DNA from: Podarcis erhardii
Lineage: Eukaryota
DNA: 64,000 nt
NCBI GenBank assembly: GCA_964252035.1
Contig: OZ176205.1
Reading direction: 5' to 3' (one strand)
The stretch's first letter is position 1, and the number at the start of each line of letters is the position of its first letter. The notes beneath the pieces were generated by a model, which saw only the letters and a list, made by a program, of their open reading frames with translations, did no database searches and had not been told where the DNA came from. A program made the translations under genes and the position numbers. Shown here piece by piece: positions 36,524-48,313 of this stretch.

Positions 36524-36871
36524 GGGATGCGGGTGGCACTGTGGGTTAAACCACAGAGCCTAGGGCTTGCCGATCTGAAGGTGGCCGGTTCGAATCCCCG
36601 CAATAGGGTGAGCTCCCGTTGCTCGGTCCCTGCTCCTGCCAACCTAGCAGTTCGAAAGCATGTCAAAGTGCAAGTGTACATAGATACCACTCTGGCAGGA
36701 AGGTAAAAGGCGTTTCCGTGCACTGCTCTGGTTCACCAGAAGCGGCTTAGTCATGCTGGTGACATGACCTGGAAGCTGTATGCCGGCTCCCTCAGCCAGT
36801 AAAGCGGGATGAGCGCCGCAACCCCAGAGTCATTCACGACTGGACCTAACAGTCAGATGTCCCTTTACCTT
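36524..36871 (+). mobile_element. Sauria SINE
   Basis: A box TGGCACTGTGG, B box GGTTCGAATCC, tail CCCTTTACCTT; 13-bp TSD TACATTGCTTTGG (36511-36523; 36872-36884). Confidence 0.93.
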
Positions 36872-36935
36872 TACATTGCTTTGGGGTGCTTCATGGGAAG
36901 CAAATCATTAATATAATTAATAATTAATAAGAATA

Positions 36936-37150
36936 AAGTGGTACCTCGGGTTACAGATGCTTCAGGTTATAGACTCCGCTAACCCAGAAATGGTACCTCG
37001 GGTTAAGAACTTTGCTTCAGGATGAGAACAGAAATCGCGCGGTGGCAGCAGGAGGCCCCATTAGCTAAAATGGTACCTCAGGTTGAGAACAGTTTCAGGT
37101 TAAGAACGGACCTCCAGAACAAATTAAGTTCTTAACCCAAGGTACCACTG
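36936..37150. mobile_element. Tc1/mariner-type MITE, family A (opposite orientation to the other six copies)
   Basis: Reverse complement of the family A interior; TIRs (C>A)AGTGGTACCTCGGGTTA / TAACCCAAGGTACCACTG. Confidence 0.88.
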
Positions 37151-37152
37151 TA

Positions 37153-37398
37153 CAGTCATACCTCGGGTTACAGATGCTTCAGGTTGTGTTTCTTCGGGTT
37201 GAGGATCACCGAAACCCGGAAGTACCGGAACGGGTTCCTTCCAGGTTTCGGCAGTCGTGCATGCGCAGAAGCGCTAAATCGTGCTTTGCGCAGAAGCGCC
37301 GAATCGCAACCTGTGCGTGCGCAGACGCGCATTGCGAATGCTGCGGGTTGCGAACGTGCATCCCGCACGGATCATGTTCACAATCCGAGTGTCCACTG
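37153..37398. mobile_element. Tc1/mariner-type MITE, family D (CpG-rich), abutting the previous MITE through one TA
   Basis: TA-CAGTCATACCTCGGGTT...AATCCGAGTGTCCACTG-TA. Confidence 0.8.
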
Positions 37399-37569
37399 TA
37401 TATCAATGGACAAGATTCACCTAATCATCCATGTCAGCAGAAGCCCTGCACAATGAGCTCTGCTTGTACAATGAGGCTTCCCTCTCCTCCTAGCACCCCC
37501 AAAACTGGGTTGGGGAGCAGGGTCAGGACAACCACCAGAACCATGGATGCAAGAGAACATTGTTGAATT

Positions 37570-37990
37570 CCACCCTGAATATTTATCATAACCTTCCCTA
37601 AGTTGAAGGGATAGTGCTTGCTTCAAAGACTCCATCGATAAAGAAATCTGCAAATGTGATGAGTATCCCCTCAATTCCTTCATCCACGTCATTTATATGC
37701 ATGTTGAACAACAACAGGCCCAGGACAGATCCCCGTAGCACATCACCTATCACATTTTCCCCAGGATAATCAAGAATCATTAGTGAATACTCTTTGGGTT
37801 TGATCAGTCAACCAGCTACAAATCTACCTAACAGTTACCTTGCCCAGTCCACATTTTACCAGCTTCTCCACAAAAATATCATGGGGGCCTTTGTCTACAG
37901 CCTTACTGAAATCAAGATACACTATCCCCACAGCATTCCCCTGATCCACCAAGTTTGTAACTCTATCAGAAGAAAGAAGGCAGGGTGACA
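37570..37990 (-). mobile_element. CR1 LINE reverse-transcriptase fragment (degenerate)
   Basis: Minus frames give DRVTNLVDQGNAVGIVYLDFSKAVDKGPHDI and GSVLGLLLFNMHINDVDEGIEGILITFAD, the CR1 RT motifs YLDFSKAFD, GSVLGP.LFN.FIND and FADD. Confidence 0.85.
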
Positions 37991-38329
37991 CATTTTCTGC
38001 ATGTATGTATGCATGCACCTCAGTCAGCTAAGTTGCACAGATGCTGTGAGAAGTTGCCAGAACAGGAGAAAGCAACAATACACAACCTGAAGAGTGGAAT
38101 GGCAACTGCTATGGATTTGAACGCCCATGCCAAGGCCACAAAGCTGACAAAAGTGGGCTAAACTTCATCTTCAGAGATGCACCAATCCTCCCCCTTTGCT
38201 CCAGGGATTCCTTTCCTTTTGCTTTACCTCCAGGGAATCCATTCCTTTTGCTTTACCTCATTGGCTTACCTGAAACTAGGAGCTTTTCCACAAAAGGATC
38301 TGAATCAAGCACTGAAACTGCAGGGCGAG

Positions 38330-38580
38330 ATCAGATGGTAAAGGAAGCTAGAGCAGAGCCTATGCATGGCATAACTGATTTCCACTCCATTTTCCCCAGA
38401 GTTCTTACATGTATCTTGAATAAGAAGGGGGGGGTAGGAGAGGCCCCTTCAAGATGCTGCAGCACCATCCTGAGAGGCACCCCTGAAAATATCAACCACC
38501 ACCATTCCAGAATGCTCTTGTAAAAGCGCAGCAGGTCCTCCACCATCAAGAGTATTAAAGGCAGCCAAAGATCTAAAGTG
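38330..38580 (-). mobile_element. Possible very old L2 RT fragment
   Basis: GASPTPPFLFKIHVRTLGK loosely resembles GSILSP.LFNIYMKPLG. Weak. Confidence 0.3.
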
Positions 38581-40544
38581 ATCAGTAGGGTAAAATTACA
38601 GTTACTGATTTCAAAGCAAGCATAATCAATCTATCAAGGTTGTAAAATAGCATCTCAATGTCATACCAAGTACAATATCTAAACCAGCAGGAGCTCAAGA
38701 AACAAGTGTCTCAAAGTAACAGAGGAAACTCTTTTTAAAGGAACTTACAAACCAATGGCCACAACTTTTGTTATTCAGTTTAAAAATTATTTTTTTACAG
38801 AGTATTGAATTTAATCATTTGACATAAATGATTAATTGGTTCTGCCATATTTTTGAATTTTTCCAGCACCTCCGCCACACATTGCAGAAAATATAGACCA
38901 TTCAAAATTTCTCACTCATTCAATTCTCTGTGAATTTAGCAGAACAATTTTTGTTATGTAAATTATCTAAGTTTTCTTCAAGGGTCAAAACATGAGGATT
39001 GCTCCTCCAGCTATTTGCCTTATGGACAATAGTCCTTCATTTCAATGAGAATCATAAGCGAGTTTGCAGCTACCAGATAACTTCTTTTCTCTAAACCACC
39101 AATTCTCCAGGCCACTTAATAAACTTTTTTTTGTTCTACAAATTGAAGAACACACATGATTCATATTTTAATATAGTTTTTTCACTTTGGATGCAATGGA
39201 TGTGCCTGTTTTGTGAGCAACATTATGTGCAGCTGATCTCTGTTATCGGGGGGGGGGGGAATGTATTTGTGAAGGGCAAATTGCTGTGTTGCAGGGGTTA
39301 GACTAGATTACCCTTGTAGCCCCTTCCATCTCTAAAATTCTTTGATTCTATGAAAGTGCCAATATGCTCACTGCTCTACAACATTTCTGTGGATCACCAG
39401 AATAAAGCGCTTGTGCAGTGGTCCATGGATAGCAATGTGGGTTTTCTAGAAAATTTTGAACTGTAAAATAAAATTCAAGATATTTCCCCCCCCCCGTACA
39501 AATTTGGCTGATTTGCACTGAAAATTTCTGATGCCCTAGAGAGTGATCTAATTTAGTGATCTAAGGGTTTACGTGTGCAAACCATGCTTTAAAAATGCCC
39601 CAAATTTTTGTCCCAATACAATACAATTTGACCTGCAATATTTAAGGGAGGAAATTAACAGTGCACTTAATGCGATTTCAATGCTCTGTTAAGAATAACG
39701 TCTTTTGGAATGCAAAAATTCAAAGACAACCGAATGTACACTGAATTTTCATTGCACTGTTTGTATTTGGGGGGAAGGAAGCACTGAAAACTGCTGAAAT
39801 GTTAGTATCCCCCAAAACTGTGGATGATGTTCTGACTTACCTACTTGCTAGGGATAATCACCTTAGAAAAACATTAATTATAATTTTGGAAGCTGCCAAA
39901 CTTGCCTTTTATTGTATTTGCCACTGGCATCTATTGGTTGCTACTAATAAAACTTATGAAAAAGACATTTATCTATGGCAAAATAACGCACCAGAAAATT
40001 TCCCATAGACCACAAATTTAAAAGCATCTCTTCTACAGTGCTCTTAATGGCAAGTCCAATTATTCCATAAACAATCTCCCTAAAAACTGATATCTTTACA
40101 TCTTTACCAAGACCTGGCTGATCAGAATAATTGAGACACTAACTGCCCCTCTGAGACAGAAAGAGAGATTTGCATATAACATGTACAAGCATCTCATGCT
40201 CAGAGCCATTGTCTATAGAGCCATGAAACATGCTTATCTTCCCGGTGGGAGTTTTCTTAAGCCTCAAGTGCATACATGGCGGACTACATGAGAACAAGAA
40301 GCTCACATGAACATTTCTGTTTTGTTCTGGTTATCCTGAAAACTGCACTGAAGGTTCAGAATTATGAGTCAATCTGTCTCCAAAATGCTGCTGGCCACAA
40401 AAAGGGAAAAAATAAAGGTTTATATTTTCACTTATGGTGTGTCCCCCAGTGGCAGCTTTTGGGGCAATGGTGTTCTCAGAAATTATTTTAATAACAAAAC
40501 AAGAATTGTAACCAGCCTCTTTGCCAGCATTACTGGGGATATGG

Positions 40545-40800
40545 GATGGGCCAAATGAAGACAGTTTGGATAAAGAATTTATTCTATATTTATTGTCAAC
40601 TGCCAGGATCGTTATTGCAAGAAAACTGAAATATTTGGAGGGATTAAATAAGCATTTATGGTACAGTCAAATGTGGCCCAGGCTGCTGCAGAAAAATTAA
40701 CTCAAAAATTAAGGCACACTAGAGGAGAAGCAAAAACAAATCAACTTTCAACAATGTGGCAAGAAATATTTTATACATTAATGATGGCAAAAATGTTAAA
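40545..40800 (+). mobile_element. L1/Tx1 ORF2 C-terminal fragment
   Basis: Frame DKEFILYLLSTARIVIARKLK...LWYSQMW resembles L1 C-terminal motifs (LL.AAR..IA..WK....W). Confidence 0.45.
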
Positions 40801-40926
40801 ACGTTTACTATGAAATATGCTGCTCTTTGGAATTCTTAGTAACTTAGTAACTTTTCAGCTTTAAGTGAGACTATCATAAGACCTCAAGGACAATATCCAT
40901 ATATATATATATATATATATATATAT

Positions 40927-41980
40927 GCTTTCGTAGATTTTCACGGGTACAGGAATGCAGGTTTTGGCGTCCTCGGGTGTCTTCCCGTGTAAAAGTTGGG
41001 GTGTCTAGGCGACGTTTCGACGAGGTCTCACTCGTCATCTTCAGGCTGGTGCTTTCGGCTTCTTGTTACTGGAACAGAGCAGGATCTCAGTGTTTGAGTT
41101 CCTATAAATACTGTAGAGGGGGTGTGGTGTATAGCCTCCAATGTTCTGGGCAGAGAGGAAGTTCCCAGGCTAGTGTGCCTTTTCTTCTTTTGTTCCTTAA
41201 TTACTTGAGAGATATCTTGAGTGATTTCTTGAGTGATATCCTGAGTACCACTTAGGTGGGTCATTAGGTGTGGATTAGTTGTTAAAGTCTTTGTGTCTTG
41301 ACCTCTTGAACTTTGTGAAGAGTTTTCCTGAGAAGATGGCTGTACTGTACTTAGTTGTGCTCTGGCTTGGCTTCGTGTATAGGGGCGAGCTGTGGTTTTG
41401 TGGCTTGTGTCAGCCAGATCTGTGTAGGGATTGCAGGGGGGTGCAGCATCCGGAGGTGCCACCATGGATTGGCTACTGGATGGTGTCTGTAATTCATCTG
41501 TGGAGAGGGTCTGGGTTTGGGTCTGGTGTGGTTGATTGGTGTTGGCGTTCTGTGTGCCTCTGGATCTGGTGTCAGTTTTTGTGGGGAGGGCTAATTTCCA
41601 GATGTCTGGCAAGCGGGATGTGTCGTCACGCTTGTTCATGTTGTGAGGGTGTTTCTCTATCTCGATGGCTTCCATGATTATTCTCTTGTGGTGATGTTCC
41701 GTGTTAAAGAGCAATTTGGAATCTGCAAAATTAATTTCGTGTCCTGTTTCTTTCATGTGTTGGAAAAGAGAGGAAGTTTTTTCTTCTTTTTTGACGGCAT
41801 TCTTGTGTTCTGCGATACGTGCATTTATTCGTCTGTTTGTTTGTCCAATGTACGTGGCTGGGCAGACTTTGCAGGGTATTTCATAGATCCCTTGGTTTTC
41901 CAACTGGATTTTATCCTTGGGGTTTCTGAGGATATTGGCTATTTTTTGGTTGGTGCAAAAGGCTGTTTTGATATTGTGTT
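40927..41980 (-). mobile_element. 5'-truncated Penelope-like retroelement: GIY-YIG endonuclease region plus terminal repeat, inserted in a (TA)n tract
   Basis: Stop-free frame with GIYEIPCKVC-(4 aa)-YIGQT.R...RIAEH...QH...RIIMEAIEI...NMNKRDD, i.e. GIY-YIG motifs plus the PLE CCHH residues. Stop TGA at 41030-41028. (TA)n at 40899-40926 and 41981-42002. Confidence 0.93.
41005..41052 (-). ncRNA. Minimal type I hammerhead ribozyme motif (PLE type), in the CHD6 sense orientation
   Basis: Minus strand GCACCAGC-CUGAAGA-U-GACGAG(UGAGAC)CUCGUC-GAAA-CG-UC|-GCCUAG: intact core, 6-bp stem II, palindromic ACGU minimal stem III, GUC cleavage triplet (cut between 41011 and 41010). Stem I has only 2 contiguous canonical pairs. 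Confidence 0.75.
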
Positions 41981-44300
41981 TATATATATATATATATATA
42001 TAAAAAATACTACTACCCCTGTCCACACACCAGGAACCCACATTTGCATTTGTGTGTGTGTATTTCAATTTTCGTTTTTATTTAATTGCATTGCTTTTCT
42101 TTATTCTTGTATGCCACTGAAGTATAGGTTCTTGCTTAAATCATTAAAAAGCTTTTCTTTGAAAAAATATGTGTACTACAGATTTTCCACATTTTTAAGT
42201 ATGCAAATGGATATAATATGCAATATATTGAGTTGTATACAGATTCAAAAATAGTTTAATATTTTGGTTACAATCATAGCACCTGGTGCTCTATCATAAT
42301 GGATATATGTTGGTTTATAGTAACTCTGAACATTGTATGTATAAAACATAACCATAAAACCAATTTCCTGCTGATCCTTAAGTCAGTACTCTGTTTAAAA
42401 TTACACACGTTCAGTTCCTGAGTTTCGCTGTTAAACGCAGCAATGCCTTCTACACCTGCACAATAATGTGAAGACAGTTTTCCTTTTATAGCAAAGGCTG
42501 TAGCTTTGGTTTGTTCACAACGACATTTTCTGTGCAAACCCTCCCACCCCCCGGCAGTAGCAGAGGAACACAGTGTGAACAGTTCGGCAGACTGCACTAG
42601 CTGCTCATTCATGGTAACTCGGGTTTCTGGCAGTGTTCACTAACCTAGTACCCTCCAGCTGTTTGGGATGACAACTTGGGCGTGCTGGCTGAGGCTGAGA
42701 GGAGTTGAAGTCCAAAACAGCTGGAGGGCACCAGATTGGCAAAGACTGACTTAGAGCAGACTTCTTGTTTGAGCACAGCCATCTAAAGCTCAATGACGTA
42801 TACTTTAATTCAAGAAGAAACCTAGCAGAATATGTGTTTATTACACTTCTAATGTTTTTAAGTAATCAACATATTTCTTTGAACAGCAACCAATGTACTG
42901 TTTGTGCACTGATCGCCAATAATTTGTTTTCCTGGAGGGGCAGAGGACTTTTATTTCCTCTTACTTAAAAGTGAGTTCTATCAACAAATAATTTATACTA
43001 AAACTAATTTATACAAAACTACAGGAAAAAGAGGAGGCTATTTTGTGGGAAGCAGTCCAAACAGGCCAACCATATTCTGTAGAGTAACTTTAAATGTGTC
43101 TGAGACTGATGAATCCGTAATCAATGGCTTTGGAAAATCACTAGACTTGTTGCAGACAGGCAGACAAGTCCCATTGGCATTTAGCATCGGGATGGCAAAG
43201 TCAAAAAAAGCCAGACGGCTACCAGCTGAATATTCAGCTCCATGAGGACACACATGAATAAAGACAGGAATGGACTACAGCACTACTGCTGCTACCAGAA
43301 CTCAGTTAATGCAGTTGAGAACTGAGTTTACTGACCAGCCCTCTGCTAAAGGTGCTGTAGCCTGCAAACAGTGTATATAACAATCCAGCATGCAGACATT
43401 ACCTTTGGTTTTAACAGTGCCCTCCAAGGAAGCTCTACAGAGAATCATCAACCCCTATTGCTGCAACAAATTCAGACTAAGACTAAAGAAACTAATATTT
43501 GGAACCATAATAACTAGTGGCAGATCTGAAAAAGCTAGTAGTGATAGTTACTAGCTAGATGCCCTTAGAAAGGGCTGAGACAAATACATAGGAACAAAAA
43601 GCCTGAGGAAGAATTATGAGGAATTTGAGAGCTTGCTTGCTATTTTGTGACATTTGGGTTGGTTCTAATAATGGTATTGCCCAGCTATAGTTTTTGGAAT
43701 CATATAAGATTGCCTCTCAATTTGGAGGTTCCATTTCATTGTTGTGGCTTACAGGGACATCACTGGCTATGTGCTGGCAGAACATCATCTGCTGGAGAGC
43801 ATGAGTGGGATAGGGCTGCTGTCCTCAAGTCCCACTTTTGAGTTTCCCATAAGCATCTATTGCTTCAAGGTATTTTATGGGACATGGCCAATAAATGGGA
43901 TAAATAATAATAATAAATCAATCTAGCTGTGGGAAAGAGGTGGGTGGACTAGATAGGCCTTTGGTCTGATTGGGCTTTTCTTATGCTCTTACTGCACTAC
44001 TAGGTGGTCAATACGTTATCATGCCCAAATCCTTTGCCAGCAGCAGCCCTGATTTCCTCCAAAAACAGCTGTTATCAATTTCTCGACCTCAAGCAACTGT
44101 TGAGTGTTGAAATTCCAAGTGTACAATCCCTCAGGCAAAAGTGTCCCTTAATCCTATTCGTGAGTTATACATACTTCACCACCACCAACACCACCATCTT
44201 TTTAAAAAAGAGTAACAATCAAGTTATTTCGCAAATAAAATAATAATAATAAATCAGCAACGTACTCCTACACTGCAAAGTAGGAAGGCTATTTTTACCT

Positions 44301-44676
44301 AAAGGTAAAGGTAAAGGTAAAGGGACCCCTGACAATTAAGTCCAGTTGCAAACGACTCTGGGGTTGCGGTGCTCATCTCACTTTACAGGCCGAGGGAGCC
44401 GGCATTTGTCCGCTTCCACAGACAGTTTTTCCAGGTCATGTGGCCAGCATGACTAAGCTGCTTCTGGCGAAACCAGAGCAGCGTATGGAAATGCCGTTTA
44501 CCTTCCCACCAGTGCAGTACCTATTTATCTACTTGCACTGCGTGCTTTCGAACTGCTAGGTTGGCAGGAGCTGGGACCAAACAACAGGAGCTCACTCCGT
44601 CGCAGGGATTCGAACCGCTGACCTTTCGATCGGCAAGCCCAAGCAGCTCAGTGGTTTAACCCACAGCGCCACCCGC
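44301..44676 (-). mobile_element. Sauria SINE
   Basis: (ACCTTT)n tail, full body and B box on the minus strand; 5' end slightly truncated; no clear TSD. Confidence 0.9.
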
Positions 44677-45833
44677 TAGAGGCCCTTAAAATCAAGGCTG
44701 CCTCCAAACCTCAAACACCATCAATCTGACAAAACCTATGAGGCAGTATGGAATACGACACTCCTCCAAGTTCAAGGTCACACATGTAAGATCAGGCATG
44801 TGTATTTTCCAAGTCTGAGGATGCAGGACCCATTCTGCTGTAAACCCACACTTTACACCTTGCAAGGCATTCTACTGAATTTAGCACAACTCACGGAAGT
44901 GTGAAAAATCAAGCACGTTATTAAGTGTTTGCTTTAAAACCACAATCCTTCAATATATGACAACCTGATCTATATTTATAAAGATTCACCTTGAAATCTC
45001 GTTAAAGCTGTTCCTTACTACCGCCTGAGCCTCGTATAAGATGGAGGGGAAACAGCCTGCATATAAAAAGTCATTAAAGTTTGATGAGGGCTCATTGAGT
45101 CAGCATATTTCTAAACTTTATTCAAGTGACATAACAAATTGCACTAAGCTTAAGGTTTAACACAGGTTGAAATAACGTTAATTTCAAGTAGATTTTTTTA
45201 AAGCACTATCGTTTTTCTTCATTGAAAACTACCATTCATGTCTTTTAAAAGAATTATTCAATATTTTATTCACCCTTCAGGTGCACAGCAAAACCATGGG
45301 CATAATTCAACAAGAAGGTCTCCTATGCGAGCTCTGTTGCTCTTGCATATCTCCCATTCACTTCAAGGGGGAAAGCACATGAGATCATTCTCCTGGACTG
45401 TGCCCTTTATGTTCTGAGAGGCTTAGATATCACAGTCCTCTGAGCTCCAAGCACCCATTGAAGCAGGCGAACAGTGGTGGGTCAGCACTTGATTGTCTTC
45501 GCATGCAGGAGAAATGCCTAACTCACTGAGGTTTAAGATCCATCAGCTACTATCACCTGGATTAGACAGCCAATCAAAGCCGTTCCCAGGGTGTGGCCAC
45601 TGTCACATGCTGACAGTTTGCAGGGGCCACAGGTGAAAGCTGAGTGTAGGGTGGGGAGCAATGGTGGACAAATTACCCTAGAAAGAGCATGACGTGCCCC
45701 CTAGCATTGGTACTACCCCTCCACAAACACCCCAGTCCTGTAAGAAAGAAGCACTATGACACATTTCATAGGTTACCTTTTAAACACAGCAAACCACAAT
45801 GTGTTAAGTTTTGCATAGTGTACATTAAGAGCA

Positions 45834-46197
45834 AAAAAAAGGTAAAGGTACCCCTGACTGTTAGGTCCAGTCGCGGACGACTCTGGGGTTGCGCGCTCAT
45901 CTCGCTCTATAGACCGAGGAAGCCAGTGTTTGTCCGCAGACAGCTTCTGGGTCATGTGGCTAGCATGACTAAGCCACTTCTGGTGAACCACAGCAGCGCA
46001 CGGAAACGCCGTTTACCTTTCCGCCAGAGCGGTACCTATTTATCTACTTGCACTTTGACGTGCTTTCGAACTGCTAGGTGGGCAGGAGCTGGGACCGAAC
46101 AATGGGAGCTCACCCTGTCGCGGGGATTCGAACTGCTGACCTTCTGATCAGCAAGCCCTAGGCTCTGTGGTTTAGACCACAGTGCCACCCACGTCCC
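45834..46197 (-). mobile_element. Sauria SINE
   Basis: Full length; 12-bp TSD ACATTAAGAGCA (45822-45833; 46198-46209). Confidence 0.93.
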
Positions 46198-47714
46198 ACA
46201 TTAAGAGCAGGGGGGCTTTTTTTCAGCCAGGAGCTACAGTCCCTTAGGCAATCTATTGAGGGCATCCTCAACATCCCTGCATTAGATCATGGGTTCTCCA
46301 GTGTTGTTAACAGTCTTTTTGCCTGTCAAAACAAGTTGAATAAGCAGGGCCTAATGGTCCAAGAGAATGCATTGAAGACCCTAATGGTGCAACTGCACAA
46401 AAACGTAATATCTAAATAACCTTCTGGTTTTTTGTTTGTGTTTGTTTGTTTATGGCTAACATCACAACCGTCCTAAGACCCCAGGACCACCTACGGGTAC
46501 AAATACAAAGATTTAAATCACGGTATATATTTTCTATATAATAATATTGTATTAATTTGTTAATTCAAAATAGAACTCTGAAACACACTGATCATACAGA
46601 ATCGTGTGCAAAAAAGCAAGCTTTCAGCTGGCGCCTAAATCTATACAATGTTGGCACCGACTGAACTTCCAGAAGGAGTGCATTCCTCAAGCAAGGCACT
46701 GCTGCTATTGTAGCCACATTTTTAAAAATCTGCACACAAAGACGTTTCCAGCTCATTTTGCCTTTACAACACAGCAACCACATTTCCAAGCTTTCTCCAT
46801 CACAATGAGAACTAGAAACACTTTGTTTCCAGAAGAGGGGCTGGCCTTCACAGGATTCCAGAGATATGTCGCACAGAACCTGCAAGTCAGCCATACGTTT
46901 CCCAAACGAGGCTTATAGCCCGTAAAAGGAGTGTTTCGGTTCTTTGAAAATCTCTGCCTCAAAAACCACACCCACACAGGCACTGTTACTATAACATTAC
47001 CGTTACAGACCAAAAGCACAAGATAGAACTGTTCAATCTGGGGTTGCCTGCTTATTACTTAGAAGACATGCATATAGACTTGTGGTGTTAAGACTGGCCC
47101 GTTGCCCTCCCTTCCCTTTCACAGGCTCTTCTCTTCCTTCAAACTGCTTCCACGTGGCTGTAGTTGCTACTTAAGTTGAAAAGTCAGTGTACCTAAAATC
47201 GCCTGCCTACAAACAAATACATTTTCTCCTGTGATTTAAATTAATTGAACTATCTTCCATTAAAACTGTAAGAAGGTGCGCTAAAGGTCAAAACAACAAA
47301 TGCACAGCCCAACTATATACATCCCTGTTGCTGCACAAAGACTGACAGTGCAAACTCCCACCTTTGCAGTAACTACTAGAAACATTAGACCTAGTACTAA
47401 GCATCTTATATCATCCATCTGCAATTGCCCAGGGGCTCTTAAGATCTAGCATTAAGAGAACTATGTTCCCTTCCCGATGCACCAGTGCAGGATAGAGATA
47501 GCCTTTATCAAGAGGAAAAATGAGACAGGTGCCTCAGATAAAAGAGAGGGAGACAGATATCATCGCCACCGGGAATTTTCTCATGTGCAAGCTGCAATGA
47601 AATAAATAGGAACTGCACGGGAGCGTTACTGAGCTGTTGCACAACTCCTGTTCATTGCACAGGAAGTAGCTGCAGAGAAGCCATTCCTGACGGATTGCAT
47701 CCTGTGGTAAACGC

Positions 47715-47860
47715 ATAAGAAGAGCCTGCTGGAAAGGCTAGTGGACCATGTAGTCCAGTAGCCTGTTCTCATAGTGGCCAGATGCCTAAGGGAAGCTCAC
47801 AAGCAGGAACTGAGCACAAGAACTCAGAAGGAGACTGCCTCTGACAGTAGAGGAAAACAT
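47715..47860 (-). mobile_element. CR1 LINE extreme 3' end (second CR1 family)
   Basis: CATAAGAAGAGCCTGCTGG...AGTCCAG...CTGTTCTCA.AGTGGCC...AGATGCC is the reverse complement of a squamate CR1 tail; related remnants near 30560-30760 and 59360-59520. Confidence 0.6.
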
Positions 47861-48274
47861 ACATGATCATCAGCATTTGGATTTTCTGCCCCAGGCACCA
47901 CTGTGTCTTGGGCTTGCTCTGGTTGAGTCCTTGCTGGGCACCAGGAACTATGTGGCCAGTGTCTATAGAAATAGACCAGGCCATTAAAGAAAACTTCAGA
48001 GAATTCTTTACTTTTACCCAATTCCCCCAAATATACAACAAAACAAGTTCACTTTCCTTAGAAACACAAGTCCTATATTCTCTTATCATATATAAACACA
48101 CACATAAAGCAACTCTTAATTTAGAGGATTTAAAAATAAAGCCTATACCCTAAGGTTCAAACTAAAACAGCTGCCATCATCACCCACACAAAGCCTCTCC
48201 CCTCCAACATTGACACAACACTTGTTTCACAGGTAAGATGCCTTCTAGTACTAGAGCTTGGCTGTGAGTAGGGA

Positions 48275-48313
<39 letters not shown>

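Noticed and set aside
41981-42068. Apparent start codon in flanking DNA fused through (TA)n to the GIY-YIG frame (346-aa ORF in the track)
   Set aside because: The codon at 42068-42066 is TTG, not ATG. The first in-frame ATG lies after the GIY-YIG signature motifs, so there is no support for a stand-alone nuclease gene.
43224-43239. Perfect 16-bp palindrome AGCTGAATATTCAGCT within two short overlapping ORFs
   Set aside because: About one such palindrome is expected by chance in 64 kb (64000/4^8 is about 1); the ORFs are unrecognisable.
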